Below are positions 57,314-64,000 of a DNA stretch of 64,000 nt, piece by piece. The stretch lies in the NCBI GenBank assembly GCA_029864405.1, contig JAOTTP010000004.1:22047-86046 (forward strand), given 5' to 3'. Within the stretch, counting starts at the first letter, position 1, and each line of letters opens with the position of its first letter. The notes beneath the pieces were generated by a model. It was not told the origin of the DNA, made no database searches, and saw nothing but the letters and a program-made list of their open reading frames with translations. The stretch comes from Nitrospirota bacterium (GTDB taxonomy: Bacteria > Nitrospirota > Nitrospiria > Nitrospirales > UBA8639). The position numbers and the translations under genes were made by a program.

Positions 57314-58876
57314 ATGGACACGGTAATTCCCATACTTGCAGTGGTGATCGGGCTTTTTGTTGGATTTGTGTTATCGAAGGTGTATCAGCACCAGATGGAC
57401 TCGAAGCGTCGGTCAGCAGCTGAAGAGCAAGTTCAGCAGCTCACACAAAATGCTCAACGAGAGGCCGAAAATCTGGTTAAAGAAGCGAAAATCGAAGCAA
57501 AAGATCTCCTGTTTCAAGCCAAGTCTGAACTTGAAACAAAAGAGAAGGAAAAGAGGAATGAGATTCAGGCGGCTGATCGAAAAATTATTCAGCGAGAAGA
57601 GGCCCTTGAGCGAAAAATCAGCCAATTTGAAAAACGTGATGATGAGATGCGGCGAAAAGAGCATTCCCTCAAGGACAAGGAAGACGCTCTGGTCATTAAA
57701 GCCGCGGCGTGCGACCAAGCCATTAAAGAGCACCGGCTCGCCCTGGAGCAGGTGGCAGGCATTACGACCGAAGAAGCCAAGCGTCAGTTATTGGGTGAAA
57801 TTGAAAGTGAAGCACGAATGGATGCGGCGTTGTTAACAAAACGAATTTTGGATGAGGCGAAGGAAACGGCTGAGCGAGAAGCCAGAGAAATTGTGACTCG
57901 GTCGATACAGCGGATCACGAGAGATTATGTCAATGAAGCCACGATTTCAGTGGTTCCTCTCGCGAATGATAGCATGAAAGGAAGGATTATCGGTCGTGAG
58001 GGAAGAAATATTCGGGCCTTGGAGGCGGCAACCGGCGTAGATCTTATCATTGATGAAACCCCTGAGGCGGTGATCGTGTCCGGGTTCGATCCCCTTCGGA
58101 GGGAGGTTGCGAAAATTGCGCTGGAACGTCTCATGCAAGATGGGCGTATTCACCCGACTCGGATTGAGGAAGTCGTAGAAAAGGTCAAAGGTGACTTGGA
58201 CAAGTTAATGCGAGATGATGCCGAAAAAGTCATTTTTGAAGTCGGTCTTTCAGATTTCCACCCTGAGATTGTCAAATTATTGGGTCGTCTGAAATACCGA
58301 ACCAGTTATGGCCAAAATAATTTATATCATGCCAGGGAAGCCTCCTATATCTGTGGAATTATGGCTGCAGAGCTGGGGTTAGATGTGAAATTGGCGAAGC
58401 GGGGAGCCCTATTGCATGATATTGGAAAAGTGGTGAGCCATGAAGAGGAAGGTACCCACGCGATGCTCGGGGCGGAATTGGCGAAGAAATATGGAGAGTC
58501 TGAGCTCATTGTGAATGCCATTGCTGCCCATCATGAGCAAGTTGAACCGCTTTGCCCCGAATCGGTGTTGGTGGCTGCTGCAGAAGCCCTCTCGGCAGCC
58601 CGTCCGGGTGCCAGACGCGAAACACTCGAGGCCTATGTGAAGCGATTGGAAAAGCTGGAATCGTTAGCCACGGGGTTTGCAGGAGTTGATAAGGCCTATG
58701 CGATTCAGGCTGGGCGTGAAATTCGGGTGATTATCCGTCAGGGGGAATTAAACGACACTGAAAGTTTCGCGTTATCTCGAGATTTAGCCAAAAAGATTGA
58801 ACAAGAATTGACGTACCCTGGACAGATCAAGGTGACGGTTATTCGAGAAAATCGATTTATTGAATTTGCCAAATAG
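57314..58876 (+). CDS. rny: Ribonuclease Y
   Basis: N-terminal TM, coiled coil, KH domain (KGRIIGREGRNIR), HD domain (LLHDIGK), SAARPGAR, YPGQIKVTVIRE. Confidence 0.97.
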   Translation: MDTVIPILAVVIGLFVGFVLSKVYQHQMDSKRRSAAEEQVQQLTQNAQREAENLVKEAKIEAKDLLFQAKSELETKEKEKRNEIQAADRKIIQREEALERKISQFEKRDDEMRRKEHSLKDKEDALVIKAAACDQAIKEHRLALEQVAGITTEEAKRQLLGEIESEARMDAALLTKRILDEAKETAEREAREIVTRSIQRITRDYVNEATISVVPLANDSMKGRIIGREGRNIRALEAATGVDLIIDETPEAVIVSGFDPLRREVAKIALERLMQDGRIHPTRIEEVVEKVKGDLDKLMRDDAEKVIFEVGLSDFHPEIVKLLGRLKYRTSYGQNNLYHAREASYICGIMAAELGLDVKLAKRGALLHDIGKVVSHEEEGTHAMLGAELAKKYGESELIVNAIAAHHEQVEPLCPESVLVAAAEALSAARPGARRETLEAYVKRLEKLESLATGFAGVDKAYAIQAGREIRVIIRQGELNDTESFALSRDLAKKIEQELTYPGQIKVTVIRENRFIEFAK

Positions 58877-58896
58877 CTCTGTGAGTAAAGGAAATC

Positions 58897-59676
58897 ATGA
58901 ACGTACTGTTTATCGGAGATATAATGGGAGAGCCTGGCCGTCGAGTGATCTTAAAGCATCTGTCAAAGGTTATTCAGGAGCATCAGATTGATCTGGTTGT
59001 CGGTAATGGGGAAAATGCGGCAGGTGGATTTGGCATCACGCAAGAAGTGGCCGAAGACCTGTTTGATTTAGGTCTTTCAGTCATTACATTAGGCAATCAT
59101 GCCTGGGATAAACGAGAAGCTTTAGAGTATCTGCAAAAAGAGCAGCGGGTGATCCGTCCCGCGAATTATCCCGATGGAGTTCCGGGAAAAGGCACGTGTG
59201 TCGTGGAAACCGTTCATGGTGAACGCCTAGGGATTTTGCAACTCATGGGGCGTGTGTTTATGCCCATGGTGGACTGCCCTTTTCGAGTTGCGGAACGCGA
59301 ATTGGCTCAATTAACGACACAGACTCACTGTATTCTTGTGGATATGCATGCCGAAACCACATCAGAAAAAATGGCGATGGGGTATTTTTTAGATGGCAAG
59401 GTGTCTGCGGTCCTTGGAACGCATACGCATGTCCAAACTGCTGATGAACAAATCTTACCTCAGGGGACAGGGTATTTAACCGATGTGGGGATGACCGGCC
59501 CTGTTCAATCCGTCATTGGGATGAAACCTAACTTGGTCATTCAGAAATTTCTGACTCAGCTTCCGAGAAGGTTCGAAGTGGCGACAGGGCCTTCCGTCTT
59601 GAGTGCGGCGGTGTTGAATCTTAATCACGCAACTGGAAAAACCACTCACATCACACGTCTTCGTGTGTTTGAGTAA
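58897..59676 (+). CDS. ymdB: YmdB-family metallophosphoesterase (TIGR00282)
   Basis: GDIMG, NGENAAGGFG, GNH, HAETTSEK, GTHTH, TDVGMTG. Confidence 0.93.
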   Translation: MNVLFIGDIMGEPGRRVILKHLSKVIQEHQIDLVVGNGENAAGGFGITQEVAEDLFDLGLSVITLGNHAWDKREALEYLQKEQRVIRPANYPDGVPGKGTCVVETVHGERLGILQLMGRVFMPMVDCPFRVAERELAQLTTQTHCILVDMHAETTSEKMAMGYFLDGKVSAVLGTHTHVQTADEQILPQGTGYLTDVGMTGPVQSVIGMKPNLVIQKFLTQLPRRFEVATGPSVLSAAVLNLNHATGKTTHITRLRVFE

Positions 59677-59685
59677 CCTAACTCC

Positions 59686-61029
59686 GTGCCAGGGCTTTTC
59701 CCTTCAGTGCTTACCGTTTCGGCTCTCACCCGACAGATTCGTTCAACGCTCGAACAAAATTTCCCCCCACTCTGGGTGGAAGGAGAAATTTCTAACCTTC
59801 GATGCCCGTCTTCGGGACACCGGTATTTTACGCTCAAAGATCAGTCGAGTCAGGTCAGAGCCGTGCTTTTTCGCAGTCAAGTCGAACGGCTGAAATTTGC
59901 GCTTCAGGACGGTTTGGAGGTCTTCGTGTTTGGTCGTCTCTCGGTGTATGAACCACGAGGGGACTATCAATTACTTTTGGAAGCGGTAGAGCCCAAGGGC
60001 ATTGGCGCGTTGCAATTAGCCTTTGTTCAACTGAAGGCGAAGTTGGAAGCTGAAGGGTTATTCGAGGCTTCGGGAAAAAAAAGACTTCCTCTGTACCCGC
60101 AACGGATTGGCCTGGTGACGTCACCTTTTGGTGCGGCAATCCATGATCTGCTGACTATCATTCATCGACGGTGGTCTCTTGCGTATGTTCTGATTGCTCC
60201 GGTTCCTGTGCAGGGTGATGAGGCTGCCGGACAAATCGCTAAGGCTATTCGGATGCTCAACGAATTGGGCGAATTGGATGTGCTCATTGTCGGGCGAGGT
60301 GGAGGATCGCTAGAGGACCTCTGGGCGTTTAACGAAGAAATTGTTGTGAGAGCTATCGCTTCTTCCAGGATACCAGTGGTGTCTGCTGTTGGACATGAAA
60401 CCGATGTGACGCTAGCGGATTTAGCCGCTGATTTTCGGGCCCCCACTCCTTCTGCCGCAGCAGAGTTGGTGGTTCCGGATTGCTCGACGGTTAGACATCA
60501 TCTGGGACATCATCGAGTGCGATTGGAGCGGTCTATGAGGAGTTTGAGTGTCGCGTGGAGAGTGCAAGTCCAGGACATGACCGGACGATTGCCTGAGCCC
60601 AGACTCGTGCTTGGACAATTTGTGCAACAGGTTGATGAGTTAGAGCGACAACTCTATGTGAAAATGAAGCACTGGTGCCGGAATCTCCAGGTGCAGCTGC
60701 TGAGTCACCAGTCAACGATTTGGGAGAGGAATCCCCTGATTGACATTCATCGGCAGCAACTGGCTTTGGTTGAGCGAGGCATTCGGCTTGTTCGAGGGAT
60801 GTCGGGGTGCATTCTTGCAAAACGCCATCAATCAGAGCTGTGGATGTCTCAGCTGAATCAGTTAAGTCCTCTCGCGGTTTTAGCACGAGGATATAGTATT
60901 ATTCACACCCTGGGAAGTGGAAAAGTCGTGAAACAATCAACTGAAGTTTCTGTGGGAGAATCGGTACGCGCCAGGCTTCATGAAGGCGAATTGATTTGCC
61001 TGGTACAGCGTACCCATCCTCCAACGTGA
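59686..61029 (+). CDS. xseA: Exodeoxyribonuclease VII large subunit
   Basis: WVEGEISN, GRGGGSLEDLWAFNEE, VGHETD, PTPSAAAE, LARGY. Confidence 0.96.
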   Translation: MPGLFPSVLTVSALTRQIRSTLEQNFPPLWVEGEISNLRCPSSGHRYFTLKDQSSQVRAVLFRSQVERLKFALQDGLEVFVFGRLSVYEPRGDYQLLLEAVEPKGIGALQLAFVQLKAKLEAEGLFEASGKKRLPLYPQRIGLVTSPFGAAIHDLLTIIHRRWSLAYVLIAPVPVQGDEAAGQIAKAIRMLNELGELDVLIVGRGGGSLEDLWAFNEEIVVRAIASSRIPVVSAVGHETDVTLADLAADFRAPTPSAAAELVVPDCSTVRHHLGHHRVRLERSMRSLSVAWRVQVQDMTGRLPEPRLVLGQFVQQVDELERQLYVKMKHWCRNLQVQLLSHQSTIWERNPLIDIHRQQLALVERGIRLVRGMSGCILAKRHQSELWMSQLNQLSPLAVLARGYSIIHTLGSGKVVKQSTEVSVGESVRARLHEGELICLVQRTHPPT

Positions 61030-61141
61030 GAAATTCCCTTTTGCTTCATGCTCCGCCATGGCTATAATGCATGTGAGGTTGGTAGAACGTAGTCCCAGCA
61101 TCCTAGAAAAATGAATCACTAATCCTATTCGGACGATATTC

Positions 61142-61387
61142 ATGGCTGTATTAAAATTTGAAAAAGCGTTGTCCCGCTTGGAAACTATTGTGGCTGAGTT
61201 GGAGCGTGGGGAACTTTCCTTAGATGAATCCTTAAGAATTTTTGAGGAAGGGGTTAAACTCTCCAAGACCTGCCTGAAAATGCTGGATGATGCAGAACGT
61301 AAAGTGGAAATCCTTGTGCAAGACAAGGATGGAAGGAAGCGTATACAGGCTTTTTCAGTGGAGGATTCCAATTCACCAGAATCCTAG
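61142..61387 (+). CDS. xseB: Exodeoxyribonuclease VII small subunit
   Basis: FEKALSRLETIV..LE.GELSLDESL..FEEG. Confidence 0.95.
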   Translation: MAVLKFEKALSRLETIVAELERGELSLDESLRIFEEGVKLSKTCLKMLDDAERKVEILVQDKDGRKRIQAFSVEDSNSPES

Positions 61388-61454
61388 ATTTCCCTTCACT
61401 GCTCTCTCTGCCAAGCGGTAAGATTCGCATTGCCTCCTTCGTGGACATGAAGAT

Positions 61455-62279
61455 ATGAAGGCTGTTCAGCCATCAGCCCCATTCAGGAAATCCTCAAAAG
61501 AACGACTGGACTCCCTGGTCCTGACTCATGCGCTGGTCTCAAGCAGGGAACAGGCCTCTCGCCTTATTCTTGCCGGTCGCGTGAAAGTCGATGGGGTCCT
61601 TATTGATAAGCCAGGAAAGCTGTTTGCGACAACTGTTTCGCTGGAACTAACGAAGCCGGAATGTGCATATGCCAGCCGAGCCGGTGAAAAGCTGGCACCA
61701 GCCTTAGACGCGTTTTTTGTTTCCTGTTCAGACTGTGTGGTGATGGACGTGGGTGCCTCCACCGGGGGGTTCACCGATTGTGTGTTGCAACGTGGCGCCA
61801 GTCGGGTCTACGCCATTGACGTGGGGTATGGGCAGTTGGATTGGAGGCTGAGAACGGATCCTCGTGTTGTGGTGATGGACCGCTTCAATATCCGCAATCT
61901 TTGCTCAGAAGATATTCCTGAGCCGGTTGATCTGGCTGTGATCGATGTCTCTTTTATTTCACTTCGCTTGGTATTGCCGGTGATCTTACCTGTCCTGCGT
62001 GAACATGCGCATCTTGTCGCATTGGTTAAGCCTCAGTTTGAGGTCGGGAAAGGACAAGTTGGAAAAGGAGGCATTGTGCGTGATGAGCGATTGCGGGAGC
62101 AGGTGAGGGACCGTTTTGTGGACTTTGCCCGTAGCCTTCAGCTTGATGTCATTGGGGTCATGGATTCGACTCTATTGGGGAAAAAAGGTAACAAAGAGAT
62201 GCTAGTGGGAATGAAAAAAAACGAAAAGAAGAGTACTGAAGGAAGCAAGTCGATTGCTCACAGTATCCCCTTAATCTAA
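61455..62279 (+). CDS. tlyA: TlyA-family rRNA 2'-O-methyltransferase
   Basis: S4 domain, SRAGEKL, DVGASTGGFTD, DVSFISL, KPQFE. Confidence 0.95.
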   Translation: MKAVQPSAPFRKSSKERLDSLVLTHALVSSREQASRLILAGRVKVDGVLIDKPGKLFATTVSLELTKPECAYASRAGEKLAPALDAFFVSCSDCVVMDVGASTGGFTDCVLQRGASRVYAIDVGYGQLDWRLRTDPRVVVMDRFNIRNLCSEDIPEPVDLAVIDVSFISLRLVLPVILPVLREHAHLVALVKPQFEVGKGQVGKGGIVRDERLREQVRDRFVDFARSLQLDVIGVMDSTLLGKKGNKEMLVGMKKNEKKSTEGSKSIAHSIPLI

Positions 62280-62304
62280 TCATGTAATAAGGAGAAAGTC
62301 GGAC

Positions 62305-63234
62305 ATGTCTACAAAAATTCTAGTGACTGGGGGTGCTGGATTCATTGGATCACATCTGGTTGACCGGTTGATTCAAGAAGGCAATGAGGTCATTGTTGTT
62401 GATAATCTCTCTACAGGGAAACGAAAGAATGTCAATAAAAAAGCCCAATTGTATAAAATGGATATCCAGAGTAAACGGATTGAGCGAGTTTTCAGAAATG
62501 AGCGTCCTCTCATTGTGGTGCATCTGGCCGCGCAAATGGATGTTCGCCATTCAACAGAGGATCCCGGGTTTGATGCGCAAGTCAATATTTTAGGGTTCAT
62601 CAATGTTTTAGAGCATGCGGTGAAGCACGGTGTGCGAAAGGTGACCTTTGCGTCGTCGGGTGGCGCGGTCTATGGGGAACAGGAAATATTCCCGGCCCCA
62701 GAGTCACACCGGACGGATCCTCTTTCCCCCTATGGAATTAGTAAGTTGGCCGGGGAAAAATATCTGGCCTATTACGCGAATGCCACCGGCCTCCGGTATG
62801 TGGCACTTCGTTTCGCAAATGTCTATGGGCCCAGACAAAATCCTGAAGGTGAGGCAGGCGTCGTGGCCATTTTCTCAAAAAAAATGTTGGATGGCGGCCA
62901 ACCCATTGTCAATGGAACCGGAAAGCAGACAAGAGATTTTATCTATGTGGATGATGTGGTGGAAGCTATCATGGTGACCTTGGAAGAAGATATTCAGGGG
63001 ATTTTTAATGTGGGAACTGGTCAGGAGGCCACTGTCAATGAATGTTATGGAATTATCAAGGAATTGACGAACAGCCAATGCAAAGATTTGTATGGAGCCG
63101 CAAAGAAAGGCGAGCAATTTCGAAGTGTGCTGGATGTAACGAAGATCAGAGAGAAATTCGGCTGGGATCCTCAGGTCTCTTTGCAGGAAGGGCTTAACCG
63201 GACAGTCGATTTTTTCCGTGGAACAGGAAAATAA
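62305..63234 (+). CDS. NAD-dependent epimerase/dehydratase (UDP-glucose 4-epimerase-like)
   Basis: GGAGFIGS, YGISK (YxxxK), NVYGPRQ, RDFIYV. Confidence 0.92.
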   Translation: MSTKILVTGGAGFIGSHLVDRLIQEGNEVIVVDNLSTGKRKNVNKKAQLYKMDIQSKRIERVFRNERPLIVVHLAAQMDVRHSTEDPGFDAQVNILGFINVLEHAVKHGVRKVTFASSGGAVYGEQEIFPAPESHRTDPLSPYGISKLAGEKYLAYYANATGLRYVALRFANVYGPRQNPEGEAGVVAIFSKKMLDGGQPIVNGTGKQTRDFIYVDDVVEAIMVTLEEDIQGIFNVGTGQEATVNECYGIIKELTNSQCKDLYGAAKKGEQFRSVLDVTKIREKFGWDPQVSLQEGLNRTVDFFRGTGK

Positions 63235-63284
63235 ACTCTCAGGTGTGCGTAGTAGGAGAATGATTACTTCTGATAACTCATCTG

Positions 63285-63605
63285 TTAATACCTGGGAACG
63301 GATGGATCGATCTCAATCGACCAGGCTTCAATTCCTCCAATCAGATTTTTGACATTCGAGAATCCTTGTTGCAAAAGAAACCCCACGGCATCGGCACTCC
63401 GCATTCCTTTATGGCAATACGCGACAATCTCAGCATTCGGATCCAACTGTTTCAGGGAATGGGGGACCTGGCCCAAAGGAATGAGCACTGATCCGTCTAT
63501 TTTTGCCAGGGAGTATTCGTGGGGTTCTCGGACATCCAACAAGAAAATGTTATCGCCTTTATCTATGCGAGCTTTTAATTCGCTGACAGTGATGGTGTAA
63601 CTCAT
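63285..63605 (-). CDS. Rhodanese-domain protein (MoeB/MoeZ C-terminal type)
   Basis: LLDVREPHEY, active loop CHKGMRS, NLIGGIEAW...DPSVPRY. Confidence 0.9.
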   Translation of the reverse strand: MSYTITVSELKARIDKGDNIFLLDVREPHEYSLAKIDGSVLIPLGQVPHSLKQLDPNAEIVAYCHKGMRSADAVGFLLQQGFSNVKNLIGGIEAWSIEIDPSVPRY

Positions 63606-63716
63606 ATTGAAAGCCTCCTTACGTTCCTTAGGTATCTCCTTGTAGACAAATTATCATAGCGGCTGAATTTTCAGGGTGTCAATTTTTTCTTTGTGCGAGC
63701 GGGAGGGAGCAGCATC

Positions 63717-64000
63717 ATGCCGGAACAGTCTGTCGTCACGATTGAACAGATTTCACAATTTGAAGGACAGAACATTACCATCAAGGGATGGATCCGCAAC
63801 CGACGCTCTAGCGGAAAATTAAGCTTTTTGACGGTGCGTGATGGCACAGGAGATCTCCAGGCTATTGTAAGCAAAGGAGAGGTTGGCGACGACCAATTTT
63901 CTTTGTGCAATCAGTTAACCCAGGAGTCTTCTGTGATTCTGACCGGAAAACCTCGAAAGGATGCTCGAGCGCCAGGTGGATTTGAACTTGATGTGTCCAT
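63717..64000 (+). CDS. asnS: Asparagine--tRNA ligase, 5' part (runs off the window; not in the ORF track)
   Basis: MPEQSVVTIEQISQFEGQNITIKGWIRNRRSSGKLSFLTVRDGTG..QESSV..DARAPGGFEL OB-fold; GGGAGGGAG RBS. Confidence 0.88.
   Translation, partial: MPEQSVVTIEQISQFEGQNITIKGWIRNRRSSGKLSFLTVRDGTGDLQAIVSKGEVGDDQFSLCNQLTQESSVILTGKPRKDARAPGGFELDVS

Noticed and set aside
1-64000. CRISPR arrays, rRNA, IS elements, prophage
   Set aside because: No regularly spaced repeats, terminal inverted repeats, or transposase/phage ORFs seen.

Overview
Core-chromosome window (GC close to 50% by eye) from a bacterium whose gene content points to Nitrospirota (inference from paired CydA-like 'bd-like' oxidases, the PRC-Rieske fusion, the hopanoid cluster and a small Zn-ribbon protein). 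Blocks, in order: (1) TPR protein, type IV pilin and nucleotide-sugar dehydrogenase; (2) hopanoid/MEP cluster shc-hpnG-mlaE-mlaF-mlaD-mlaC-Omp85 barrel-TPR-dxs-ispG-tRNA-Cys-hpnH; (3) a ~12 kb same-strand respiratory cluster with two CydA-like subunits, no CydB, Rieske/cytochrome b without an obvious c1, five c-type cytochromes and an EbdC/NxrC-like heme-b protein; (4) ubiA, DUF2914, tRNA-Thr and sigma54-driven small proteins; (5) a REC-CheC-hybrid kinase operon, amidohydrolase, DUF2238 and an LplT-Aas fusion; (6) a duplicated kinase/receiver signalling cluster with two frameshifts and an HDOD protein; (7) slt, zapB-zapA, rny, ymdB, xseAB, tlyA, an epimerase, a rhodanese and the start of asnS. 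No mobile elements or CRISPR arrays were seen. The most promising systems are a candidate hopanoid-trafficking pathway (Mla plus a POTRA-less Omp85 barrel in place of MlaA) and the non-canonical bc/bd-like respiratory supercomplex.
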